64,000 nucleotides of DNA, taken from Phyllobates terribilis (Eukaryota). A program made the translations under genes and the position numbers. The notes beneath the pieces are model-generated. The model saw only the letters and a program-made list of their open reading frames with translations. It did not search any database and was not told where the DNA came from. How positions within the stretch are numbered: the stretch's first letter is position 1; each line of letters begins with the position of its first letter. The stretch lies in NCBI RefSeq assembly GCF_046119375.1, contig NW_027362765.1, positions 16,430,001 through 16,494,000 on the forward strand, written 5' to 3'. Shown one piece after another: positions 1 through 11,720 of this stretch.

Positions 1-545
1 TTACGGAGGGCTATGTGGGGTTATTACACTGTATGGAGGACTATGTGGGGTCATTATTCTGTATGGAGGACTATGTGGGGCCCATTATACTGTATGGAGG
101 ACTATGTGGGGCCTATTCTGTATGGAGGAAAATGTGGGGCCCATTATTCTGTATGGGGGACTATGTGGGGCCCATTATTCTGTATGGAGGACTATGTGAG
201 GCCCATTATTCAGTATGGAGGACTATGTGGGGCCCATTATACTGTATGGAGGACTATGTGGGGCCTATTCTGTATGGAGGACTATGTGGGGCCCATTATT
301 CTGTATGGAGGACTATGTGGGGCCCATTATTCTGTATGGAGGACTATGTGGGGCCCATTATTCTGTATGGAGGACTATGTGGGGCCCACTATACTGTATG
401 GAGGACTATGTGGGGCCTATTCTGTATGGAGGGCTATGTGAGGCCCATTATACTGTATGGAGGACTATGTGGGGCCAATTATACTGTATGGAGGACTATG
501 TGGGGCCTATTCTGTATGGAGGACTATGTGGGGCCCATTGTACTG
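1..545. repeat. 29-31 bp G-rich minisatellite (TATGGAGGACTATGTGGGGCCCATTATTCTG and variants), runs off the left edge
   Basis: About 18 tandem units visible; ORFs in three frames are repeat translations. Confidence 0.95.
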
Positions 546-704
546 TAACTAACCCTTTTATAATGTTGCTACAATTTTTCTGGTTGTAATTTTTGACCAC
601 CCATTCATGGTCAAATTCGCAAGTTTTTTTTGTTGCTTGACTGTTCTATTTGCCTGCCGAATCAGTCCTGATACTGCTAGACCTCAGCACTGTTTCCTGA
701 AAAT

Positions 705-1590
705 GCATGTTGACAATTTGTAACAAAACCTACAAAAGACAAAAGACAAAAATATATCTCATACCCTACCATCATTATATATAAATGTAAAGCAAAATTG
801 CATAATAAATATAGGGTACTTAGTGAACTATTTTTGATCAAAAAAAGTATACAAGCCGTCCCACCAGCGGGAAGGTGACCCTAAATTGGGACGGTACCTA
901 TACTGCCTATATTAAAAACCTTACTGTATATCAAAGTTGAAGCAATGCATATAAAAGGGTAGACAAATAGGACCGGGTCCCAACTCCAGACCACCCAGGC
1001 CCGTGGTAAGCTACATATAACCAGTCAGCTCAACAAAGGGGATGCCACACCCTTAAATTGCACAGAATGCAAACAAGACAAAAAAACAGGCAATGTGAAC
1101 TGAGGTCTAAGATGGTAGACATGCAAGAAATAGGAGCATGTTCACACTAGCAAAAAAGAAACAAAACCTACAAAAGACAAAAGACAAAAATATATCTCAT
1201 ACCCTACCATCATTATATATAAATGTAAAGCAAAATTGCATAATAAATATAGGGTACTTAGTGAACTATTTTTGATCAAAAAAAGTATACAAGCCGTCCC
1301 ACCAGCGGCAAGGTGACCCTAAATTGGGACGGTACCTATACTGCCTATATTAAAAACCTTACTGTATATCAAAGTTGAAGCAATGCATATAAAAGGGTAG
1401 ACAAATAGGACCGGGTCCCAACTCCAGACCACCCAGGCCCGTGGTAAGCTACATATAACCAGTCAGCTCAACAAAGGGGATGCCACACCCTTAAATTGCA
1501 CAGAATGCAAACAAGACAAAAAACCAGGCAATGTGAACTGAGGTCTAAGATGGTAGACATGCAAGAAATAGGAGCATGTTGACAATTTGT
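705..1590. repeat. Near-identical tandem duplication (723-1140 / 1161-1578, period 438 bp) flanked by a 17-bp direct repeat; probable retroelement 3' fragment in minus orientation
   Basis: Copies differ at 2 positions that I could find; GCATGTTGACAATTTGT at 705-721 and 1574-1590. Confidence 0.75.
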
Positions 1591-1859
1591 GCAGTCCTGT
1601 ACATACTGTATGCCAGGACAGTAAGGTTCGTGTATATAATCGTCTCATGTGGATTTTTATCTGCATCTTCTGTTGAATATTAAAATATCTGATCAGTAAT
1701 TTGCATGTTATTTTTTAACTAACAAATTAGTATTAAGTTCAAATCCCTTAATCTTTCACACCATGCCACACAGTTCAGTATTTATTTTGACATTACTATA
1801 GTTATGGAAATATGACAATTTAACTCTGCAATTAAAATCATCATTTACTAACCAGAATC

Positions 1860-2845
1860 CCACAATGTCTGTCCGCTATTTCATCCTTCTTCAACGCCAG
1901 ATTTCTAAAGCTTAACATGGACAAAACTGAATTCATCATCTTTCCCCCACCTCACTCAACCCCAACTGACCTATCCATCAAAGTTAATGACTGCCCACTC
2001 TCCCCAGTAACACAAGCTTGCTGCCTCGGTGTAACCCTGGATTCTGATCTCTCCTTCAAACCACATATCCAAGCCCTCTCCACTTCCTGCCGACTCCAAC
2101 TCAGAAATATCTCCCGGATTCGCACACTCCTCAGCAAAGACTCTGCAAAAACACTAGTGCACGCTCTCATCATCTCCCCCTCGACTACTGCAATCACCTG
2201 CTCTGTGGCCTCCCTTCTAACACTCTCACACCCCTCCAATCTACCCTAAACTCTGCTGCCCGAGTAATCCAACTGTCCCCCCGCTATTCCCCGGCCTCTC
2301 CTCTTTGTCAATCCCTTCACTGGTTCCCCATTGCCCAGAGATTCCAGTTCAAAACCATAACCATGGCATACAAAGCCATCCACAACCTGTCTCCTCCAAA
2401 CATCTGTGACCTAGTCTCCCGGTACTTACCTGCACGCAACCTCCGATCCTCACAAGATCTCCTTCTCTACTCCCCTCTTCGCACAATCGCATACAATACT
2501 TCTGTTGTGCATCCCCCCTACTCTGGAACTCTCCACGCCAACATATCAGACTCTCGCCAACCGTGGAAACCTTCAAAAGAAACCTGAAGACCCACCTCTT
2601 CCGACAAGCATACAACCTGCAGTAACCACCGCTCCACCATACCGCTGCATGACCAGCTCTACCCCCACCTACTGTATCCTCACCCATCTCTTGTAGATTA
2701 TGAGCCCTCAAGGGCAGGGTTCTCTCTCCTCCTGTACCAGTCGCTGACTCGTTTTGTTCAAGATCATTGCAAGTGTATTTGCTATGTATACCCCTTTTCA
2801 CATGTAAAGCACCATGGAATAAATGGCGCTATAATAATAATATTA
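1860..2845 (+). mobile_element. 5'-truncated L2-clade LINE (RT C-terminal region plus 3' tail), degenerate
   Basis: ORF 1917-2249 DKTEFIIFP...CLGVTLDSDLSFKPHI...LRNISRIR is L2-type; 3' stem CACCATGGAATAAATGGCG followed by (TAA)n tail. Confidence 0.85.
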
Positions 2846-2900
2846 ATCATTGTTTGACATACAGTACAGACCAAAAGTTTGGACACACCTTTTCATTTAA

Positions 2901-5566
2901 CCCCTTAAGCCCCGAGGGTGGTTTGCACGTTAATGACCAGGCCAATTTTTACAACTCTGACCACTGTCACTTTATGAGGTAATTACTTTGGAACGCTTCA
3001 ACGGATCCCCCTGATTCTGAGACTGTTTTTTCGTGACATATTGTACTTCATGATTGTGGTAAAATTTCTTCGATATCACTTGCGCTTATTTGTGAAAAAA
3101 AAACGGAAATTTGGCGAAAATTTTGAAAATTTTGCAATTTTCAAAATTTGAATTTTTACGCCTTTAAATCCGAGAGATATGTCACACAAAAGAGTTAATA
3201 AATAACATTTCCCACATGTCTACTTTACATCAGCACAATTTTGGAACCAAAATTTTTTTTGTTAGGGAGCTATAAGGGTTAAAAGTTGACCAGCGATTTC
3301 TCATTTTTCCAACAAAATTTACAAAACCATTTTTTTAGGGACCACATCACATTTGAAGTCACTTTGAGAGGTCTTTATGACAGAAAATACCCAAAAGTGA
3401 CACCATTCTAAAAACTGCACCCCTCAAGGTGCTCAAAACCACATTCAAGAACTTTATTACCCTTCAGGTGCTTCACAGGAATTTTTTGAATGTGGAAGAA
3501 AAAAATGAACATTTAACTTTTTTCACAAAAATGTTACTTTAGACCCAATTTTTTTTATTTTCACAGGGGTAACAAGAAAAAATGGACCCCAAAATTTGTT
3601 GTGCAATTTCCCCTGGGCACGCAGATACCCAATATGTGGGGAAAAAACACTGTTTGGGCGCACGGCAGGGCTCGGAAGGGAAGGAGCGCCATTTGACTTT
3701 TTGATTGTAAAATTTGCTTGAATAATTAGCAGACTCCATGTTGTGTTTGGAGAGCCCCTGTGTGCCCAAACATTGGAGCTCCCCCACAAGTGACCCCATT
3801 TTGGAAACTAGACCCCCCAAGGCACCTATATAGATGCATAGTGAGCACTTGGAACCCCCAGGTGCTTCACAAATTGATTCGTAAAAATGAAAAAGTGTTT
3901 TTTTTTTCACTTTTTCATTTTTACGAATCAATTTGTGAAGCACCTAGGGGTTCCAAGTGCTCACTATGCATCTAGATAGGTGCCTTGGGGGTTCTAGTTT
4001 CCAAAATGGGGTCACTTGTGGGGGAGCTCCAATGTTTGGGCACACAGGGACTCTCCAAATGCAACATGGCATCCGCTGACAAATTGAATATAAAATCGGC
4101 TCAAATTGTTAGTGGACACCATGTTGCGTTTGGAGAGCCCCTGTGTGCCCACACATTGGAGCTCCCCCACAAGTGACCCCATTTTGGAAACTAGACCCCC
4201 CAAGGCACCTATCTAGATGCATGGTAAGCACTTGGAACCCCCAGGTGCTTCACAAATTGATTCATAAAAATGAAAAAGTGAAAAAAAAACACTTTTTCAT
4301 TTTTATGAATCAATTTGTGAAGCACCTGGGGGTTCCAAGTGCTCCAAGTGCTTTTTCCAGATTTTGGCAGACAGTCATGTGACGGCTTGTTTTTTGCGGG
4401 ATGAGTTGACGTTGTTATTGGTGCCATTTTCAGGCATGTGACATTTTTTGATCGCTTTCTATTCCGATTTTTGGGAGGCAGAATAAACAAAAACCAACAA
4501 TTCAGGAATTGTGTTTTTTTTGTTTTTTTTTATTCTGTTCCACGTGTGGTAAAATTGATAAGGTAGCTTTATTCTTCGGGTCAGTACATTTACAGTGGTA
4601 CCACATTTATATCGGTTTTCTATGTTTTGCACTTTTACATAATAAAAGCAATTTTATAGAAAAAATTATTTTTTAGCATAGCTTTATTCTGAGAGCTATA
4701 ACTTTTTTATTTTTCGGCTGATGGAGCTGTATGTTGGCTTGTTTTTTGCGGGACGAGATGACGTTTTCAGCGGTACCATTTTTATTTATATTTGTCTTTT
4801 TGATCGCGTGTTATTCCATTTTTTGTTTGGCGGTATGGTGATAAAGCATTGTTTTTTGCTTTGTTTTTTTTGTTTTTTTTTACCATGTTCACTGAAGGGG
4901 TTAACTAGTGGGACAGTTTTATAGGTCAAGTTGTTCCGGACGCGGCGATACCAAATATGTGTACTTTTATTGTTTTTTTTTTTTTTTTTATAATAATATT
5001 TATTGATGGGTACATTATATTTTTATTTTTGGTGGATTATTTTTTATTTTTATTTTTTTCACTTTCTGGGTGTTTTTACACTTTTTTACTCTGTCCCACT
5101 CTGGGACTTTCACTTTTTTTTCTCTGATCGCCTGCATGGCACAGGAATGCAGCACCATCCCTGTGTCATGCAGGCTGTCAGCGCTGGACGGGGAGAAGAT
5201 TGTTTGGAGATGCACTGCGCATGTCCAAACAATCTTCCTGCTGCCTGGTGACCCGGATGTTGTCATGACGACATCGGGTCGTCATGGCAACACCCGGGAA
5301 GCCTTTGCAGACAGCGCTGGAAGCCGGAAGAGGAGGAGGAGGTGACTTCGATCGCAGCATCGCGGGGGTTAATGTGCTGGGAGCAGTGCAGGGCCGCTCC
5401 CTGCATATAGTATCGGGTGTCAGCTGTGACAATCAGCTGACACCCGGCGGCGATCGCGCCCGCACAGCCTGTGTGCGCACGCGATCGCCATGACGTACTA
5501 ATATGGGTCTGGCTCTTAAGTCCCAGGGCACAGACGCGTATTAGTACGTCAGATGTTGTTAAGGGG
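2901..5566. mobile_element. Non-autonomous piggyBac-like element, TTAA TSD
   Basis: TTAA|CCCCTTAA (2897-2908) ... TTAAGGGG|TTAA (5559-5570); removing it restores the Tc1 TIR; no transposase ORF. Confidence 0.85.
3736..4343. repeat. Two long palindromes inside the piggyBac-like element (about 162-bp arms 3736-3897/3908-4069; second unit 4119-4343, right arm truncated)
   Basis: Direct arm-by-arm reverse-complement comparison; units repeat with 383-bp period. Confidence 0.9.
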
Positions 5567-6397
5567 TTAAAGATTTTTCTATATTTTCATGACTATAAAA
5601 ATTGTACATTCACACTGAAGGCATCAAAACTATAAATTAACACATGTGGAATTATATACTTAACAAAGAAGTGTGAAACAACTGAAAATATGTCTTTTCT
5701 TCTAGGTTCTTCAAAGTAGCCACCTTTTGCTTTGATGACTGCTTTGCACACTCTTGGCATTCTCTTTAAATGAAGGTGTGTCCAAACTTTTGGTCTGTAC
5801 TGTAGATGGGACTTGAGTAACACCAGTTTGCAGGAAGGGTGTAGTGATTTTACTTTTAATTACCATTAGGACGCAGACAGACTGTCATATGAATCAGAGT
5901 GTAGTGCACAGCCAGGCCAGCCGGTCAGCCAAGTGAGACAGCTGCATAGAAATACATGCAGCTGTCACACTCAGGTCAGGAGAGACGTTGGCCAAAACGT
6001 GCACTGTTCTGATCTCACTCCAATTTATTTTTTTTCAACTGTTTGACTGCGCCCCTACTTGTATATGTTTGAGTAAAAGGTGTGTGTAAATGTGTGTGCA
6101 TTAAAAAGGGTGTGGCTTTAAAAAATGGGTGTGGCTTTTCTACACACAAACACAGAACCTGTTGTTAAAAAATTAAATCCCACCCCTGGATTGTACCATA
6201 TTGTGTGTAGGGGGCAGTACTGTGGGAAAACCCCCCTAAAGTAAAATCTTAAATTTTTATTAAATATATGCATTAAAAACTGGACTAACAACATATATAC
6301 TTAAAACTAGCAAAATTACAAGCTCAATGACTTGTTGTGAATGTATATAAACAGATGTAAACAATGATGCTGCTGAATAACAAATACAGTCACTACC

Positions 6398-6770
6398 TGT
6401 CACGATGGTGTTGGTACTTTGGGTGCTAACCAGGTCCCTAGTTTTTCCCTGTCAACCGGATTACTCCTGAAGGTTGCGACACTGGGATCTCGTTCCTTCC
6501 TATGCTCCTATATCTACCAAGATCTGTCCCCTCCACCACCCAGGGTATTGGGAAGCTGAAGTGTATAGGAACACAATAACCAGACAAACAAGAGAAAACA
6601 GACAGGGATAAATGAAAATACAAATCATCTACACACACTAAACAACAGAGTGTTGGGACACAGGGGAGTTAAGGGAAGGAGAATACAAATTAGGAGAGGA
6701 AGAGGATAAGTACACAGACAAAAACTCCAAGCAATAATCTCCAGACCAATCACCAAACTCTTAACTCCAA
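6398..6770 (-). mobile_element. Truncated solo LTR (paralog of 50228-50909)
   Basis: Starts CTACC|TGTCACGATGG as at 50228; cut by a deletion at 6770/6771. Confidence 0.75.
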
Positions 6771-7412
6771 CTATCTGCGACAAAAACAAGTATTGCACAT
6801 CCTCCAATCATGGAATAGGCATGTAGATCTACTTTATCAATATAAAAAATATGGGATGATGCCCCTCAATATATTCCATAATGGTCATATTTGACCCACA
6901 TTGCATAATTAAAGCTACACAAGGATCACACACTTGTTAGTTGCTAAATAGTATATGTGGGATATAACTGATAAGAAATAATTCTGATATAGAAGCTCAG
7001 ATATCTCGATGAAGTACAACACTATGTGAAACCCATTCACAGGGAACTGAGTATCAATGAATAGAGTATAAAATCCAAAGATGTAATCCAGAATGGGGCT
7101 GTATACACACAAAACAGGCATAGGAAATTTGCACATTGAGCCCCTCAGGGGCTAGTGAATCCAGTCTGGAAATCCACTCCCTTTGCTTTTTGAGTATACA
7201 TCTGTTATGATCACCTCCTCCCACATTGGGTTTAACCACCTCAATGATACAAAAGGAGATGTCTCCTGTTTCTCCTGGATGTACACTGTTCATGTGTTCC
7301 ACTAATGGGGTGTCCCGACCATTGCGTGAATCACCAAAATGCTCCCCCACCCTCCTCCTAGACTCCCTCTTGGTCTTGCCTACATAGTCTAGGGGGCAGG
7401 TGCATGAGATCA
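6771..7412 (-). pseudogene. Penelope-like element, GIY-YIG endonuclease end and 3' region
   Basis: MISCTCPLDYVGKTKRESRRRVGEH...EWISRLDSLAPEGLN in ORF 7054-7677. Confidence 0.85.
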
Positions 7413-7676
7413 TACACTGCTCAAAAAAAATAGAGGGAACACTCAAATAACACATCCTAGATCTGAATGAATGACATATTCTCATTGAATACTTTGTTCT
7501 GTACAAAGTTGAATGAGCTGACAACAAAATCACACAAAAATCATCAATGGAAATCAAATTTATCAACCAATGGAGGCCTGGATTTGGAGTCACCCCCAAA
7601 ATTAAAGTGGAAAAACACACTACAGGCTGATCCAACTTTGATGTTATGGCCTTAAAACAAGTCAAAATGAGGCTCA

Positions 7677-8521
7677 TTATTGTGTGTGGCCTCCACGTGC
7701 CTGTATGACCTCCCTACAACGCCTGGGCATGCTCCTGATGAGGGTGCGGATGGTCTCCTGTGGGATCTCTTCCCAGACCTGGACTAAAGCATCCGCCAAC
7801 TCCTGGACAGTCTGTGGTGCAACGTGACGTTGGTGAATGGAGCGAGACATGATGTCCCAGATGTGCTCAATCAGATTCAGGTATGGGGAATGGGTGGGCC
7901 AGTCCATAGCTTCTATGCCTTCATCTTGCAGGAACTGCTGACACACTCCAGCCACGAGGTCTGGCATCGTCCTGCATTAGGAGGAACCCAGGGCCAACCG
8001 CACCTGCATATGGTCTCACAAGGGGTCTGAGGATCTCACCTCGGTACCCAATGCCAATCAAGCTACCTCTGGCGAGCACATGGAGGGCTGTGTGGCCCTC
8101 CAAAGAAATGCCACCCCACACTATTACTAATCTACTGCCAAACCGGTCATGCTAAAGGATGTTGCAGGCAACTGATCGCTCTCCACGGCGTCTCCAGACT
8201 CTGTCACATCTGTCACATGTGCTCAGTGTGAACCTGCTTTCATCTGTGAAGAGCACAGGGCGCCAGTGGAGACTTTGCCAATCCTGGTGTTCTGTGGCAA
8301 ATGCCAAGCGTCCTGCACGGTGTTGTGCTGTAAGCACGACCTCCATCTGTGGACGTCGGGCCCTCATACCACCCTCATGGAGTCGATTTCTAACTCTTTG
8401 TGCAGACACATGCACATTCGTGGCATGCTGGAGGTCATTTTGCAGGGCCCTGGCAGTGCTCCTCCTATGCCTCCTTGCACAAAGGCGGAGGTAGCAGCCC
8501 TTCTGCTGGGTTGTTGCCCTT
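7677..8521 (-). pseudogene. Tc1 transposase C-terminal two thirds (N-terminus lies at about 14251-14420)
   Basis: ORF pieces 8152-8586, 7921-8121, 7677-7967 in different frames. Confidence 0.9.
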
Positions 8522-8748
8522 CTATGTGTAACATCCCTGGCGGCGTGCTTGCATAGTGCACCACCTCCCACCATGCAAGATCGCAATCTTACCTGTCAGT
8601 CCATGCTGCACTCTTTGCTCCATTACTTGCTGTGTCCATGTCTCTTGTCTGATTGCTTAGGGCGTCGGCACGGCTTTCTGCTTGTTTCTTATAGCTACTG
8701 TGTGCACAGTCCTAATGCGTCCCCAGCCTATTGCTGTGAGTCACTGGA

Positions 8749-8788
8749 TACTTAAACCCCCTCCACCCAGTAGGAGGTGCCTGAGCAA
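8749..8788 (+). promoter_or_regulatory. LTR TATA-like box (TACTTAAA) and predicted transcription start / self-primer GCCTGAGCAA
   Basis: 8779-8788 lies 30 nt after the TATA-like box and is the exact reverse complement of the PBS 10623-10632. Confidence 0.7.
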
Positions 8789-9285
8789 CACTTTCTCTCA
8801 GTTTGTCCTTTGCAACTGAATTGCCAGGTCCTGTCCTGTATCTAGTCTGTTCCGCCACCCTGAGGGCTGTATACCCAGGCCTGTTACCTGTCTGTTCTGC
8901 CACCCTGGGGGCTGTATACCCACGCCTGTTACCTGTCTGTTTCCGCCACCCTGGGGGCTGAGTTCCCAGGCTCGTTTCTGTATCTTGTTTCTGTTTCAGT
9001 TCCTGTCTGAACAGTGTCCTAGCCCGTTTCTTGTTTGTTTCCATGTTTGTACCTTCCCTTTTCCTGCAGTGTCTGAACCTGCACCTAACTCCAACTCCTT
9101 GTCTCTGTACTTCTATTTGTGAGTTTTGTGTCCACTCGCTACTTCATTGTAAGTACCTTGTGTGTATCTGGTTCTGCGCGTTCTGTTTCCCTGCCTCCGT
9201 ATTTACCTCCTGTGTTCTAGCTATCTTCCTGTATCTTCCAGTCTGTTCCATGTGAACAGAGCCCTGTCCTGTCTGCCTTCACCTT

Positions 9286-10190
9286 CTGCTCTGCTTGTTC
9301 ACCGCTCCGGCGGTTCCGCACTGCTCCGCTTGTTTACTGCACCTGCGGTTCCGCTCTGCTCCGCTTGTTCACTGCACATGCGGTTTTGCTCCGCTTGTTC
9401 ACTGCACATGCGGTTTTGCTCCGCTCTGTTTGTTCACCACACCTGCGGTTTTGCTCCGCTCTGCTTGTTCACCGCACCTGCGGTTTTGCTCCGCTCTGCT
9501 TGTTCACTGCTCCTGCGGTTTTGCTCTGCTAGTCCACCGCAGAACAGAGCCCTGTCCTGTCTGCCTTCACCTTCTGCTCTGTTTTGCTTGCTCACCGCTC
9601 CAGCGGATCCGCTCTGCTCCGCTTGTTTACCGCACCTGCGGTTCCGATCTGCTCCGCTTGCTCACCGCTCCAATGGTTCCGCTCTGCTCCGCTTGTTTAC
9701 CGCACCTGCGGTTCCACTTTGCTCTGCTTGTTCACCGCTCCGGCGGTTCCGCTCTGCTCCGCTTGTTTACCGCACCTGCGATTCCACTCTGCTCTGCTTG
9801 TTTATCGCACCTGCGGTTCCGCTCTGCTTGTTTACCGCTCTGGCGGTTCCGCTCTGCTCTGCTTGTTTACCGCTCCGGCGGTTCCGCTATGCTCCGCTTG
9901 TTTACCGCACCTGCGGTTCTGCTCTGCTCCGCTTGTTTACCGCACCTGCGGTTCTGCTCTGCTCCGCTTGTTTACTGCTCCGGTGATTCCGCTCTGCTCT
10001 GCTTGTTTACCGCTCCGGCGGTTCCACTCTGCTCTGCTTGTTCACCGCACCTGCGGTTTTGCTCCGCTCTGCTTGTTCACCGCGCCTGCGGTTTTGCTCC
10101 GCTCTGCTTGTTCACCACACCTGTGGTTTTGCTCCGCTCTGCTTGTTCACCGCTCCTGCGGTTTTGCTCTGCTAGTCCACCGCACCTGCA
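9286..10190. repeat. 35/30-bp tandem array in the 5' LTR with ACCGC-N4-GCGGT hairpin per unit
   Basis: Unit CTGCTCCGCTTGTTTACCGCACCTGCGGTTCCGCT. Confidence 0.92.
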
Positions 10191-10584
10191 GCTCTGTTCC
10201 TGTATCCAAGTCTGTACTGGTCCCTATCCAGCCTGCGTTCATACCTGCCAGTATCTGCCTGTCTGCATTCCAGCTGTGCCTGTCAGCACCCACCTGTCTT
10301 CATACCAGCCGTGCCTGCTAGTACCCACCTGCCTTCATACCAGCCGTGCCTGCCAGTGCCCACCTGTCTGCATACCAGCTAACCTGCCTGTTCCTGCATT
10401 CCCCAGTGTGGGTCAACAGCTGTGACCGGGGTCTGACCTGGAGTAGCACCTGGTCCCTCTGCTCGGTTCCGCCCTGGTTCACGGAGTCGACTGAGCCGCT
10501 GTGTGACCTTGGTCGGATCGGGTTGATACTTAGTTACACCCCTCCAGGCACTCCTCGGTTCATGGTATAGTGGGATCACTAATC

Positions 10585-10632
10585 ACGCTCACGCCAGTCA
10601 GTCCGGGCGTGAGCGTAACAGTTTGCTCAGGC
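10585..10632 (+). promoter_or_regulatory. U5 stem-loop (11-bp perfect stem) plus non-tRNA primer-binding site
   Basis: ACGCTCACGCC/GGCGTGAGCGT at 10585-10616; TTGCTCAGGC 2 nt after the LTR end. Confidence 0.7.
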
Positions 10633-10831
10633 CATGGTTCCCGTTGAGCCCCACGGCTCTTCGCTCTCAGAGACATTTGAATCCTTGTCTGGCGAATACA
10701 TGCACTAAGAAAATTTTTTTTCTCAAGCTGAGGTTCAGGCGATTTACGCACCAGCCCAAATGGAGATATCAGCACTCGTTCCTGCGGATCCACCACGGTA
10801 CTATGGGGATCCAAAATGAAGCCGTGCATTT

Positions 10832-11720
10832 ATGGAGCAATGCATGCTGCATTTCAAATTCTATGCTCAATATTTTCCTACCGATTGGGTTAAAGTAGCA
10901 TTCATGATGTCCTACCTAGCGGGTGATGCCTTGAAATGGATCACCCCCCTATGGGAAGATTGGGATCCTATCGTCTCTGACCTGCAGGCCTTCCTGGTGG
11001 CCTTTCTAATGGTCTTCAATGACCCTAATCCTGAAGCTTCTGCTAAAGCTTCCCTTCCCAATATCCTGGAGCAGCCCCGATGGGTGATGTGTGTAGGTAG
11101 CCTACCAGTTCTCCAGCCTGAAGAGAATGCTGCCCACACAGAATGACAATGCTCCACAGAATACTTCCCTTCCCAACCTCAAGAGGCAGTCCAGACGTGG
11201 AAGGTGTAGAGGTAAACCGTCACGCCGCGTTCTGTCCTCCCAAAGACCTCCTGTTCCCCAGCCTGTGGAGGTAGCTATCCGCACAGAGTCCATGAAGGAT
11301 GACTATGTTCGTCAGGCAAAGCAGGGGCCAGAACTCAGTCACAAAGTCGGATTGCGGTCCCACTGCGGTTGTTTGGGACCCCCGGGCGGTCTTTGTCCAG
11401 CAAAGGTTGGAGAATCCCAAGACATTAGGCCTGTGGGAGAGGCTGCCCTTGGCCTTAGTGTTTCCTCTCCACAGATGACCATGACTGTCTCCGTGGCAAG
11501 TGAAGGCCTCGGATTAACCGGAAGTTTCGGGCTGAAAGCCTTGAAGCGTCGGTGTCTGATTCCCGTCCAACAACTCCAGAAGCTGATTTGGGCATTGTCA
11601 GCGTAAGGACGAGCCCTACTCAGAAACAGTCAAAATATGTCTGTACAAATTAAGCTCCAGATTGGAGCATTACACATGAAGAAGTTCACATTTCAGGTGC
11701 TGTCTGGTTTACCCACAGGT
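10832..11720 (+). pseudogene. gag: Degenerate gag (capsid-like, PEG10/RTL-type) with decayed zinc knuckle and protease remnant
   Basis: KVAFMMSYLAGDALKWITPLWE...FLVAFLMVFNDP; frameshifted downstream; no RT or IN. Confidence 0.75.

Larger units (their letters stand above)
2862..5802 (-). mobile_element. Internally deleted Tc1-type element (same family as 51283-55733), interrupted by a piggyBac-like insertion
   Basis: TA-CAGTACAGACCAAAAGTTTGGACACACC at 2860 and its reverse complement plus TA ending 5804; own sequence only about 270 bp and matches the TIR at 51283. Confidence 0.92.

Noticed and set aside
826-835. Prokaryotic features, tRNA or rRNA genes anywhere in the window
   Set aside because: No cloverleaf, rRNA-like or operon structure recognised; spliceosomal introns and vertebrate transposons throughout.
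9286-10190. CRISPR-like array (35-bp palindromic repeats)
   Set aside because: No unique spacers, no cas genes, eukaryotic LTR context.
9031-10425. Cys/Ala/Leu-rich ORFs within the LTRs (also 13062-14050)
   Set aside because: Low-complexity translations of the tandem array, open in all three frames because the C/T-rich strand lacks stops.
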